DNA of 64,000 nt, taken from positions 128,402,001-128,466,000 of the forward strand of contig OX597817.1 of the NCBI GenBank assembly GCA_951406725.2, given 5' to 3'. Below, piece by piece: positions 11,861 to 25,705 of this stretch (positions are counted from its first letter, which is position 1; each line of letters starts with the position of its first letter). The stretch comes from Octopus vulgaris. Taxonomy: Eukaryota. Both the position numbers and the translations under genes were made by a program. The notes below the pieces were generated by a model. That model was not told the origin of the DNA. It was given only the letters and a program-made list of their open reading frames with translations, and did no database searches.

Positions 11861-12755
11861 GTCTATATATGCCTGTGTGTATAAGTATATACATACATAT
11901 ATGTGTACATGTGTGTGTGTTATGTATCTCACCTGCTTTAATCTACTCGGTGTAACAGGTGGGTTAATTGTCTTTCTTGTTTATTTTCTCTTATTTATTT
12001 CTTATTTATTTATTTATTCAATCTAAAATATGTAACCTTTTCTATCGCATGCAACAGCTTGCGGCCCTTTTAAGAGATTGAGATTAGTGGCAAATGCCAC
12101 GTTCCAGCACAGACTATAATACAGAGAAAGACACAAGCAGGCATTCTTTTTTTAGGTTACATATGTTTTGTGTGTGCCTATGTGTCTGCGCGTGCATTTG
12201 TGTGTGTGCGTGTGTGTATGGGTATGTATATGTCTGAGTGTGTGTGCGTTTTTTATTATCGTTTTCTTAGAGCTTTCTTCTCCCTCTATTATGGGTATGC
12301 GTGAATGTGCTTATGTGTATACATGTGTGTATGTATGTGTGTGTCTATGCGTATGTGTGTCCGTACGAGTGTGCGTGTGTCTGAATGGTGTGTGCGTCAT
12401 TAGGCTTATGGCCAGCACAGCTGTTGCCAAAATATGTGCGCCTGTATACATGATTACATGTATACACCCATATGCGTTCACCCTGATGACTTCGACCGTA
12501 CCCAAATTACATACGGACAGACACACACACACACATATAAATATGCGTGCGCACACACACACACATAAATACGTGTACACACACACACACACACAAACAC
12601 ACACTGATAAACTCGCGCTTAGACATTGATACTATAAAAATTAATGTCATTTCTATAGAGAAATACTCACAAACAAATCTCTGTGTGTGTATTTGTGTGT
12701 GCGTGTGTGTATGTGTATGTGTGAGTGTGTGTGCGTTGTATTCGTGCGTTGTATT

Positions 12756-12802
<47 letters not shown>

Positions 12803-12919
12803 ATAAGCATAACAAATGCGCAACCGGTAAAAGAACATTCACCTAATTAAATTACTTAAATTACTTCAATTATTTGTCAGCATTTTCTTCATTTCCTTTT
12901 TTATATATATATATATATA

Positions 12920-13170
12920 TCTTTTACTCTTTTACTTGTTTCAGTCATTTGACTGCGGCCATGCTGGAGCACCGCCTTCTGTCGAGCAAATCGACCCCAA
13001 AATGTATTCTTGAGAAGCCTTGTATTTATTCTATCGGTCTCTTTGTCGAACCGCTAAGCTACGGAGATATAAACACACCACTATCGGTTGGCAAGCGATG
13101 TTGGGGAGGGGGCAAACACAGACACAAACATATACACACACATATATACATACATACATGCATACATACA

Positions 13171-13232
<62 letters not shown>

Positions 13233-13604
13233 CATATATATTTCTTTATTGCCCACAAGCGGCTAAACACAGAGAGGACAAACAAGGACAGACAAAGGGA
13301 TAAAGTCGATTACATCGACCTCAGTGCGTAACTGGTACTTAATTTATCGACCCCGAAAGGATGAAAGGCAAAGTCGACCTCGGCGGAATTTGAACCCAGA
13401 ACGTAACGGTAGACGAAATACGGCTACGCATTTCGCCCAGCGTGCTAACGTTTCTGCCAGCTCACGACTGCCAAATCCACCCACAAGACCAAATCCACTC
13501 AGAAGGCTATAGTAGAAGACACTTGCCCAAGGTGCCACGCAGTGGGACTGAACCCAGAACCATGTGGCTGGTGAACAATCTACTTACCACACAGCCACTC
13601 CTGC
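12920..13604 (-). mobile_element. Family B SINE interrupted in its internal microsatellite by a family A SINE (13241-13466)
   Basis: B tail at 12920-13135, then (CA)/(TA), then a complete A copy with the 'ggctaaacacagagaggacaaacaagg' tail variant, then the B head 'agaagacacttgcccaaggtgccacgcagtgggactgaacccag...acagccactcctgcg'. Confidence 0.8.
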
Positions 13605-13844
13605 GATTATTTGCACATGTATATGTGAAAGCGCATGGCTCACTGGTTAGAGCGTCGGCCTCACGATCATGAGATAGAGAGTTCGGTATTTTGTTCTTCA
13701 GCATGACATTTGATACAACGTTCCTTCTGTTCTCTCAGCTGTACAAATGGTGCCAAGCTGTATCGGCATTTGAAATATATCTTTATATATATATATATAT
13801 ATACATATGTGTATATAGAAGATCTGTGTGTATGGTTTTATAAA

Positions 13845-14260
13845 TTCTTTTAATTGTTTCGGTCATTTGACTGCGGACATGCTGGAGCACCGCAATTAGT
13901 CGAACAAATCAACCCAGGACTTATTCTTTGTAAGCCTACTACTTATTCTATCGGAGCCTTTTGCCCAACCGCTAAGTTACAGGGACGTAAACACACAAAT
14001 CTCGGTTGTCAAGCGATGGGGGACGGCAAACAAAGACACACAGACATATGCACACACACACAAACAGACAGACACACACATATATATGTATATATACGAC
14101 AGGTTTCTTTCAGTTTCCATTTCCGTTTACCAAATCCTCTCACAAGGCTTTGGCCGGCCCTAGGCTATAGTAGAAGCCACTTGCTCATGGTGCCACGCTG
14201 TGGGACTCAACTTTGAACCATGCGTTTGGGAAACAAGCTTCTTACCACACAGCCACACTT
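13845..14260 (-). mobile_element. Family B (CORE-like) SINE, near full length
   Basis: Colinear with 12920-13604 and 54269-54607, with an internal (CA)n/(TA)n tract. Confidence 0.8.
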
Positions 14261-14457
14261 AGATATGTGTATCATAAAATGCAAAGAAATATAAATGCCA
14301 CACGATCACACATACTTAAACACATATATTTGTATATGATTTACTAATGAAATGCCAGTATGAATGGCTTTGTGGTTAAACTTATCGCTTTCTATACATC
14401 CAACACGTGTGTGCATCTTCATGCTCCTATGGGGGTGTATATATATGTGTGTCTGTG

Positions 14458-14489
<32 letters not shown>

Positions 14490-14936
14490 ACGCTTTTGGC
14501 ACACTCCATCTACCAATATTACGGCTATTACGTAATTCCGAATCCCAAGATACAGCTGTGGGACCTGAAATGCCATACCTTCTTTTAGTTTTCATTGTCG
14601 TTTGTATTCCATGTAAATATGTTTTGTAGATATACAAATATCTCTATGCTTATACATAAATATATAAATATCTCTATACTTATAAATAAATGTTCATCTG
14701 AATATTTTCAGTTTTTGCTTCCTTCTATATACGTAAATATCCCTTTATATATTTACGTGTATATATGTATGAATACGTTATATATCAAGCCCAAGCTTGT
14801 TTATTTGCATCATTATTCTTTCACTCGGCAATGTAATTGCCATGCAATGAAAAAACACTTGTGTATTAATAATTGGGTATTCTAATTGGATAGATATTAT
14901 CCCTTAGTTGGTTGGATTCACCTCTAACTCTCTTGG

Positions 14937-15027
<91 letters not shown>

Positions 15028-15435
15028 TATATTTGTGGCGTAGGAACTTTTGATGTTTATGCTTGTGTTCCATTGTATTACCGAAACCCAAATTCAAAAC
15101 CTGCTGAGGTCGACTTTGCTTTTTATTGCTTTATGGTCGAAAAAAAGAACCTACTAATCGAAGTCTATGGATTGGTGGAGCTGTAAACTCGTCGGATCTA
15201 CCGAAATGTCTAACTGTGTTCGCATCTTTGGTCCCTGTATTCGCATCCCGCTCGTGTTAACTTTTCTGAGCTCAAATGCCATCGGGGGCGACTTTGCCTT
15301 TCATCATCCTTTTTTTTGGGGGGGGGGGGGTCAATAAAATAAGTACCATTTAAGCACTGGGGGTCTATGTAATCGTTTTGCGCGGTCCCCCACAATTTCT
15401 GGTCTTGTGCTAAAATTTGAATCCAGTGCATTCAT

Positions 15436-15555
<120 letters not shown>

Positions 15556-15848
15556 GCACTTTGACACACCAGTTCGCTTTTAGCAGCCAATGTAAATTAG
15601 TTAATCTGCAATTATCGAAGAGAGTATCAAAAGGTTTTATGGAACTTGGTAGGTGCATTTTGCGATGTTTGTGGCCTATTCATCAATATAAGAACGAAAG
15701 CTTACTCTCTAGCACCATCCGCTAGAATGTGTGAGACCTACAAGGGGGTCAATACTGACTCTAGAGACCTCATTTCATCATCATAGAAAGCCGCAAAAAA
15801 AAAAAAAAACTGGGAAGATGCATAATTTTAGTTTCTCTGTCTCTGTCC

Positions 15849-15907
<59 letters not shown>

Positions 15908-16553
15908 GATAACGTATTCTGTAGATCTTCAATTTAACCCTTTAACTGTCAATTTTTTAAATTCATATTTTTGGGCTATGCCATGTGTCTTAGGAATTAA
16001 AATAGTATATAGTATTTAAATTTTCTTCATACGTGAATTATTTTGGAAATTATGATAAATTTTTCGAAAAGTCCCAAATGAGGATCGCCGAAAAAATGCA
16101 TATTCATCCTTATTCAATTACAATAATAAACATTTTTTTTTTTGAAACTATAGTACCAAATGCAAATGTGTATGAAATATCAATGAAATATCAATATAGA
16201 TGGGAAATGCAAAAAAAAAAGAGAAAAGAAAAAAAAAAGTTTTCAAAACACTCAATATTTTTGTAGTTCAAAACTGGCGATTTATGACATAAAATGTCCT
16301 CTAGAATTAGCAAGAGCTAATAATGACAAACTTTAGCTACAAAATATTGTTAAACATATCTCTGCAAATGCACTACACATTAGCAAGTCACTTTAAATAC
16401 AACGAACAACCGGCAGTGAGACTGTTTTTAGCAGATCCCCAAATGGGACTCATGGCAGGCAATGGGTTCAAAGTAAAACTGATTTTATATCATAAAAATA
16501 AACAATATATCCTTCACACACACACACAAATGCACGCCACACACATATATATG

Positions 16554-16619
<66 letters not shown>

Positions 16620-16622
<3 letters not shown>

Positions 16623-16841
16623 TTACTATACATAAATGCCTCTCGCTAGGAAGGACTCTTAAAGTCAAAACTACCATAATATGGTAGTTTTGACTTTAAG
16701 AGTCCCTCCTAGAGTGAGGCATTTATGTATAGTAATGCCCTTAATATAAATAAATATATTTAAAGGGAATAATTAATAAATTTTTCCCGTATGAGGCTTT
16801 TCACGCTAACTACTTGATAAATTCTTATAAAGATTTTATCC

Positions 16842-16843
<2 letters not shown>
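16620..16843 (+). repeat. 58-bp-arm hairpin (16620-16677/16681-16738) plus a unique ~105-nt tail, embedded in (TA)n
   Basis: GCATTACTATACATAAATGCC...AAAACTACCAT aat ATGGTAGTTTT...GGCATTTATGTATAGTAATGC, with (TA)n on both sides. Confidence 0.85.
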
Positions 16844-16918
<75 letters not shown>

Positions 16919-16924
16919 ACGCGC

Positions 16925-17125
16925 TAAGCTGCAGAATCGTTAGTACGTCGGGCAAAATGCTCAGCGACATTTCGTCCGTCTGCACGTTCTGATTTCAAAT
17001 CCTGCGAGGTCGACTTTACCTGTCATATTTTCGAGGTTGATAAAGTAAGTACCAGGTAAGCACAGGAGTCGACGTAATCGACTTACCCCATCCCCGAAAT
17101 TACTGGCCTTGTGGCAGGGTTTGAA
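16925..17125 (+). mobile_element. Family A SINE
   Basis: 'gctgcagaatcgttagtacgtcgggcaaaatgctcagcg...gaggtcgactttacc...ggccttgtggc'. Confidence 0.8.
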
Positions 17126-17140
17126 AACAATATACATACG

Positions 17141-17176
<36 letters not shown>

Positions 17177-17184
17177 AATATATA

Positions 17185-17219
<35 letters not shown>

Positions 17220-17246
17220 CTGTCTATATATATATATATGTACATA

Positions 17247-17318
<72 letters not shown>

Positions 17319-18458
17319 TATATGGGGGGGAGGTAAGTACTGGCTGGGATGTGTGGTTAAGATATTCACTTCACAGTTACACCGTGTCAGGTTCGGTATC
17401 ACTTGAGGGAGTTAAATGAAAGGTTATAGGCTGGAGTTAATTGCAAAGGACCACTTTACAAAGGAACCACTTTACAAAGGTAAAGGAACAAGAGTTACTT
17501 TACAAGGTTAAGGTAAAGCTATAAACAGGAGCAAGTTTACATTTCTAGGGGTGAGGCTATAAATAGGAGTTAGTTTACAGTGTTAAAGGTGAAACTAGTA
17601 CAGGTGAATTGATATTTTATGATATTTCATAAAATATGAATGTTGTGACCTCAGATTGGTAGCGATTATGAACGATTGGTTGCAGGTCAATGCGTTGTCA
17701 CACGGCTGGAAAGAGAAGGGGAGAAAGAAAGTGCGAAGGAATATTGTACGAAAGAGATAGAGTGTGTGTGTGTGAGAGAGAGAGATGGAGAGAGAGAATA
17801 AAGTGATGAGGAGAGACACGGAGAGAGTGTGAGGTCATTAGAGACAGTGAGAGAAAGAAAGTCTGGGGAGAAGAAAGAGAAAATAAAACAATAAGAGATT
17901 GAGTGAACGATCTTTCACAAAGATGGGAAAAGTAAAAAGGAGAGAAAGATATATGTAGACAGTGTAAAATTGAATGAGAGAGAGAGAGAGACGAAGGGAG
18001 AGAGAAAGCGAGGAGAAAGATGGGTAGTGTGGTAGAGGCTGGAAAGAGAGGGTGTTAGAGGGCGACAGAGAAAGGAAGAAAATCAACAATAGCATCAGAT
18101 AGAATAAATGTTTATTCATGAAGAATGGAACGGTTAAAGAAAAAAAGGAGAGTTACAGAGTTATATACACACACATGGAGAGAGAGAGAGAAGAGAGAGA
18201 GAAAGAGAGAGAGAGAAAGAGAGAGTGAGAGAAAGAGAGAGTGAGAGAAAGAGAGAGAGAGAGAAAGAGAGAGTGAGAGAAAGAGAGAGAGAGTAAATAA
18301 AAGACAATAGGAGAGGGTTTTGGAGAAAGAAACGAAAATAAAAAATACAATAATAAAAACAAAATATAGCAAATGCTTTTTCATGAAGAATGGAAGGGTA
18401 AGAAAGAAGAAAAATCTGAGCGAGCGAGTGCGATAGATAAACGGACAGACAAGCAGAG

Positions 18459-18616
<158 letters not shown>

Positions 18617-19021
18617 CGTGTATGTGCGTGCGTATGATAACAATAACAACAAAAGGGAGCAAATAAACAAAATTCATATCAATGAGAACAACAACTACAC
18701 CAACATCAGCAACAATGACGGCGGCTACAATAAAGACTCAACTGAAAGACAAGAAAGCAAGCCAAGCCAAAGCGAATTTATAAAAGAAATTTCAAAATAA
18801 TGATTTCTAACATAGGCACAAGACCACTGATTTTGAGGTGGATTTGGTACATTTAAACAACCTTTGAACTCCTCCTAGACATCGATTTACTGAACCTTAA
18901 GAAAGTAAAATTCTAACTTCCAATGTAACGATCTATAGAGCAGATATTAATCCATGACTTCTACCAGCCGCACCACCCCAAGACTCTTGCGATAATCTTT
19001 AGCATGAATATAAATATGAGC

Positions 19022-19470
19022 TTCAAATTTTGGCACATGGATAGCAGTTTCGGGGAAGGGGCTAAGTCAGTTACAGCGACTCCAGTATTTGACTGGTACT
19101 TATTTTATCGACCCAGAAAGGATGAAAGGCAAAGTCTATCTCAGCGGTATTTGAATTTAGGAAGTGCAAACGGACGAAATGCCGTTAAACATCTTGCTTG
19201 GCGTGTTAACGATTCTGCCAGCTCACCACCCCTTCATAGCATGAATATTAATATTATTATTAAAAAGGAAGGCGTACCAGCTGGATCGCTTGAATGTCGA
19301 AAATATCTGCCGTATGGTATTTTTTCCGACTCTATATGTTTAAATTCCACTGAGGTCAAATCTGTTTATCAATCTTCCGGGATCGATAAAATAAAGTACC
19401 AGTCAAGTACTGAATTTGATGATATCGCCCTACCCTCTACGCTCAAAACCATTGGCTTTATATCTCAATC
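19022..19470. mobile_element. Head-to-head pair of family A SINEs (19022-19230 -, 19270-19470 +)
   Basis: Both match the family A unit, in opposite orientations. Confidence 0.7.
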
Positions 19471-19519
19471 AGAAACAACTATAATGATGAAGATAATGAA
19501 ACATAGATGAAAGTGAGAG

Positions 19520-20600
19520 CTAGTAATGAGTGAATTATGAGAGGAGATCAGACGGGCATTACGACCAAGATGCGTGCTGCGAGAATGGTCTTCGATAATT
19601 TCTTCAGCGTAATATGTGGAAGTTTTCATTGTTAGAACTAAGGCGTATGCTCTAAGAAGTGAAGGCCGTTTGACGGATTGTGAATTACAAACCTTGTAAT
19701 TCGGGAAGTACTATTGTCGAAGAATAATATAAGCAAGGGAATTATGGATAATTTTCCTCCCATAATTCTACTGGATCAAATTTTTAAGATTTTAGCCAAT
19801 GAATCAGCAAATAATTTGGTGCTTGTCACCTGACTGTGGGCAAGAATGCACAAAAACGTTCAATACCAGACCGTTCAATTCATGACAGTCCCCATCTTGT
19901 GTCATACATCACAGAAGAAGTAATCTGTCAAACCTGGTTTTCGGTGTAGTTCTGGCCAATTTGGATGAATTTGAAATATTCATTCGATACTTAGATTCAT
20001 CTCATTGAAAGAAATGTAGTCTTAAGTCAAGAAAGGACTAAAGAACGACGCCTGGAGTGTTGTCAGAAGCTCATAAACCTAGTACGGTATTATGGCCAGT
20101 GGAACGTCTAGTTAGTTTTCTAGGGAGAACTATTTGAGATGAAGAACGACAACATTTTCGAGGAAGCTCTAGGCGTTAACGAAATCCCTTGGTTGGTCGA
20201 CTCATAAAAACTTCTGACCCAGGATATATATATATATAATATTCAGAAATTCCTAGCCACGTACAGCTATTAGTAAATATTGCTGCCCCGCTATAAACCA
20301 TTCACGAACTCATTCTGTATACGAGCTTTGCTAACATCTGAGGTTTTGTCGAACAGCTGCTGCATTGGGCTGATCTGACAATCGACCACGTCTGTCTTGA
20401 AGATCAGTTTGTCTTGAAGATTATCCGGCTGCTACCGTTTAGCCGAAAATGTCAGACTACTTTCTAATGATTGGGAGTTATGGCGAAAGTTTTAGAATGA
20501 CAGATACAACTGAAATAACTGATAATAGTAATTTTTTTTTCTCTCAAAACCTCGTTAACTATTTCATTAGGATGGTGGTGAAAAAGGAGGTGTTACTCTA
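19520..20600 (+). pseudogene. Decayed, internally deleted Tx1/L1-clade retrotransposon (start of RT plus C-terminal piece)
   Basis: 19741-19990 translates DNFPPIILLDQIFKILANESANNLVLV...HDSPHLVSYITE, resembling the L1/Tx1 RT motifs NxRPIxLLNxxxKILAKxLAxRL and IxDNxxL. ~20345 gives GFVEQLL, typical of the post-CCHC region. Confidence 0.5.
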
Positions 20601-20675
20601 GGCTCGATTGAGCAGGCCTACTTCCATTTTGAATCTGTAAACTGGGGAACGAGAGCTGAGAGAGAGAGAGGGAGT

Positions 20676-20732
<57 letters not shown>

Positions 20733-21123
20733 TTTAATTTTGAGACTGCGGATGATTCTGGATCTGTGAGCGAAAATTCTATACAAATTTAAGTTATCAC
20801 CAACGATATTGGTAATAGCCTCACATGCTATAGACCAGAGACTCCCCAATTAAACTCTTTGCTAATATTTCTGTTAATTTATCATGCATTACAAATGTGT
20901 AATGAACAATGATATTTGCCAATGTTATTATCTGGTAGAGTATACAAAATATCTGAAATTTCAAAACGAAATACTCAAGCTTGTTCTATAATATTCTTTT
21001 CTAGTTTTGTTGTTTCTCTACTATTATTGACTTAACATGCCAATATTTGTTTGTACTTAATAAAATAAACTATCAACATGTCATTGAATTCTAAATATAC
21101 AATATATCCGTTCTTTTTTCCAG

Positions 21124-21224
21124 ATATTCCTCATAACGAAATATCCAGGGATAAAATTACACTTGATGCTAGTTTTCAAGATCATCATGTCAGAACAACG
21201 AAACAGCGATTGAATGAAACCTAG
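21124..21224 (+). CDS. Candidate terminal coding exon of an unidentified host gene
   Basis: Branch-like CTAAAT at 21091, polypyrimidine acceptor TTCTTTTTTCCAG ending 21123, and a phase-1 frame IPHNEISRDKITLDASFQDHHVRTTKQRLNET*. About 1.3 kb of repeat-free sequence with AATAAA sites follows. No homology recognised. Confidence 0.25.
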
Positions 21225-22571
21225 TATCATTGCAGAGATAATCGCTGAACATCTATTGGAATTACGTTAGGGAAGTGTTGTAACACAGTCAGAACTAGAA
21301 AATGCTGGGAAATTTCTCTCATGAAAGTAACCCCGTCTGATGGATAAATTTGGCCTCAATAGGCTGTCTACAACAGGACGTGAATGTATATAAAGAAAAG
21401 TAGATTGAAAAACAACTTGGCTTTTGGTTTAGATTTGTCCGAAGATTACGAGACGTATTCTAATGGCCATTATCTTATCGGTAGTCAATTTATTGCGAAA
21501 TAAAATTTAGCTACTACCAAATTGAAAACCCATGTTCGAAAACTTATCCATTTTTAGCTTGCATGGAAATCTCTAGAGTATTTTAAGTAAATGCAGAAAA
21601 ATCTTACGAAAGAAATCTCTCTTCTGGTGCCTACTTTGCTCTATAGAATAATAACAAACGTTTCGAACCTTTCTTCACATTCCCGCCTTAAACAAAAGCG
21701 AACATAATCAAGCCAAGTTTTCTTATTGGAGCTGAGAATAGGCAAATAAAATTTCTCTGGGAGCTAACTATGCAATTAAAAAGCTAGAACTAAACGACCA
21801 GGAATTCTCCTCATAGCAGTTCCACTCTGACCATTTATGGGAATGAGTACAAGACAAGACGAGATGAGGCGATTCTAATTTGCATTTTTCCTTTAAAATA
21901 ATGAACAGTAAAAAACTATAAAAAATACCAGGTGGTATTTGAAGAAATGACATTACGAAAATAAAGCACTCATATCTTATGAAGGTGAGTGAATAACTTG
22001 TGAGGAGGAACCGATTGCCCACTTGAACGAATGAAATTGACATCCCTTCGTAAGAAAATGGCATACGATATACACAAACAACTTCCATATTAAGTACGAA
22101 TGGAGAAGGAAATGGTATCTTTAAACAGCATGAAAATGACAGTATACTAATACAAACTTCGGATAGACTTCGGAATTGTTCACACCCGCAACTATCTAGA
22201 AGCTATGGACACTTAATAGCTCAACATAACGCAAGAGTCCCTTAAGGAAAATTTTGGAATTTCCAGCCAGGAGCAATAAACGAAGGGAGTAGAAGCGTAA
22301 TCATGAACGTGACATACCCTGATCGATGCAAATGCATGTAAGTTGCAACTGGGAACGCTGCAACTTACATGAAAAAAAAGGGCCTTAAAACTTAAAGATT
22401 CGTTTGAGATTCTTAGCCGTAAACTAGTCTCTTAGTACTCTTAACACTGCCAATGTCTGCGCTGTCTTTAAATCTCTATAATTTAGTAGCAATCTTGTGC
22501 CAACGTTAGGAATATTTTTAAACAATAAAAGTGTGTTTCACTCACACACTTTCTCTCTCTCACTCTCTCTA

Positions 22572-22608
<37 letters not shown>

Positions 22609-22660
22609 CACTCTCTACTGTTCATTTATTCTATGCATTCTTCTTTTCTTTCTGTTTCAC

Positions 22661-22713
<53 letters not shown>

Positions 22714-22998
22714 TTATCTATTTGTCTATCTGCTCTCTGTCTGCCTGCCTGCCTGCCTGTCTGTCTGTTTCTCTGTCTGTCTGTCTGTCTATCTGTCTCT
22801 ATGTACGTATGTATGTATCTATGTATGTATGTATGTATGTATGTATGCATATCTGTCTATCGATCTACCTGTCTGTCTGCCTCTACATCTGCCTATCTAT
22901 GCATATTGCATGTATATTTATATATTTATGTATATAAATACATGTATGTGTACCTTTGAGTAGACATACATACATACATACATACATACATACATACA

Positions 22999-23114
<116 letters not shown>

Positions 23115-23388
23115 GTATATATATATATATATATATACTTATGTATCTAATTACCTACGTCTCTCCGCCTCTCCCAAAACACCTACACCGCCTCCATACC
23201 CATCACTCCGTCCTCCTATTATCGTACAATAGAGACCTGCCAATATATTCCCCTTCTTTAACAAATGAAATGAAAAGGTGCATTGGATTGATCAATGTAT
23301 AGAAATGTTCACAACACCATAGCTATGTTTGCACGAACTTATTTACATACAATCAAAATTGCCTATTTAACCAAGTATGTATTTATAT

Positions 23389-23456
<68 letters not shown>

Positions 23457-23823
23457 GACTATAGAATTACACCTACCTACACTCCGGTACACGCGCCCTG
23501 AAGTCTCGGAAGAATAATATATACACAAGGTTCGAAAGTCAATTGGTTTGAGTAATTTCTATTCATATAAAATATAAATAAAACAGAAACTCGCACTTGC
23601 TCCCTCCGGTACAAATGCCAACGCAAACATACGCAAACGTACATACATACATACATACATGTATACATACATACATACATACATACATACATACATAAAT
23701 ACATACATACATACATACATACATACATACATACATACATACATACATACATACATACATACAAGCATATTTATGTTGTCACAAGTTACGTACACGCTTA
23801 TGCTTTTTACATACATATATTTG

Positions 23824-23856
<33 letters not shown>

Positions 23857-23862
23857 TTTATA

Positions 23863-23903
<41 letters not shown>

Positions 23904-24283
23904 CAAAGACGGTGAAAGAGGCTCGTGTACGTATGCATCTTAGTAAATTATAATGCACTCATATATGAATGTGTGTTTATGTATGTATGTATGTATGTAT
24001 GTATGTATGTATGTATGTATGTATGTGTGTGTGTGCGCCATTATGTGTGCTGTATGTATATATAGTTAACACGTTTTTAGAATCATAAAAAGGCAAAGCT
24101 AAATAACTTTCACCTCAATCATAAATCAGATATTTTTAATAATTTTTTTCGACTGTGACTTCGAATTCAGATGCCGATTCATGAAATTGTCACTTTGATA
24201 TGCGTAGTTTTTGTTACGCATATCAGAAAAGGACACATCGTTTAAGGCGTCATGCAGTGAGATCAAACCCTTATGATCGTTAA

Positions 24284-24711
24284 GGCGGTGAACCGGTAGA
24301 ATCCTTAGTGCGTCGGACAAAATGCTTAGTGTCATTTCTTCTGTTTTTTTTTACATCCTGACTCAAATACTGTCGAGGTCAACTTTACTTTTCATCCCTT
24401 CGGAGCCCATAACATAAAATACAAGTCAAGTGCTGCGGTTGATGTCATCAACCATTGCCCCACTCCTAAAACTACTGGCGTTGTGCTAAAATTTGAATAT
24501 TATTATTGATTTCAAATTTTGGTCCAAGGCCAGCAATTTCGGGACAGGGGGTAAGTTGATTACATTGATATCAATGCTCAACTGGAACTTAATTGATCGA
24601 GCACGCAAGAGATAAAGGCAAAATCGACATCAGTGGAATTGGAACGTGAAGGCCAACGAAATGCCGCTAAACATTTCGCGCGCTTGCTAACGATTCTGCC
24701 GGCGCGCCACC
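24284..24711. mobile_element. Tail-to-tail pair of family A SINEs (24284-24497 +, 24511-24711 -)
   Basis: Both match the family A unit and are ~13 bp apart. Confidence 0.8.
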
Positions 24712-25030
24712 TTCAAACAATTATTAATAAGATTAATAAAATACAATAGTATACTGAAATTAGCCACTTTATCAATCGGTAAAGAGATAATCCCCGGCAA
24801 TAATCCCAAAAAGGCTGAATGGGATTGTATAGCGTGGATTATACAGTCTGCAGATCTTATGGATGTTGTAAAAATCGGATCGAAATCGTTCAGATTCAAA
24901 CCTAAAGAGAGTTATGTGATTTTCGAGTGGTAGGAATGAAGGCCACTACAGTATGGGGAATATTTGCGGAGAGATGATAGGGCTGGGTTTATTTTAACAT
25001 CATGTGTGGTCATGTAAATGTACCTACATG

Positions 25031-25061
<31 letters not shown>

Positions 25062-25440
25062 ATGTGTGTGTGTGTGTGAAAAGGTTGAGTTCTATTTCAT
25101 TCTTTATTTTGGAGGGTTCCAAAGGGCGATTTCTAACAAAGATTCTTCATATTCCGTTGGTAGCTTACTGGCGTAAGATTTTTACGAATATGAAATTATA
25201 ACATCCATATGGTGTGTTATGAAAATTTATGGAAAGTAATCCCATAGAAACTCAACAAATTGTTAAAAGATGGGGAAGAGATGTTAAAATTTGAAAAGAA
25301 TATTAATACATTCATGCGATCGTTTCGAACAGCGATATTAAACATGTAAATAACATGATAGAATAATTAAATGAAATGAAATGATATTTAATTAATTACA
25401 AATCACTCTTCTCTTCAGTGTGAGACGAATACATAAAAAA

Positions 25441-25506
<66 letters not shown>

Positions 25507-25518
25507 GTTATTCTTCTT

Positions 25519-25610
<92 letters not shown>

Positions 25611-25642
25611 CATTATTATTATTATTATCATTATTATTATTA

Positions 25643-25703
<61 letters not shown>
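25441..25703. repeat. (ATT)n/(CTT)n tract at the 3' end of the Dong-like element
   Basis: Direct inspection. Confidence 0.95.

Positions 25704-25705
<2 letters not shown>

Noticed and set aside
13324-13512. Recurrent peptide WYLIYRPRKDERQSRPR (also at 19004, 52538, 10658)
   Set aside because: It is the antisense translation of the SINE family A central domain.
15933-16320. TTAACCCTTT start suggesting a piggyBac-type MITE
   Set aside because: The matching right end is too degenerate to support a call.
17430-17600. Degenerate short tandem repeats (CACTTTACAAAGG; GCTATAAA.AGGAG); a similar patch of TATCAGTT repeats at 8150-8300
   Set aside because: Low-complexity decayed minisatellites with no further structure evident.
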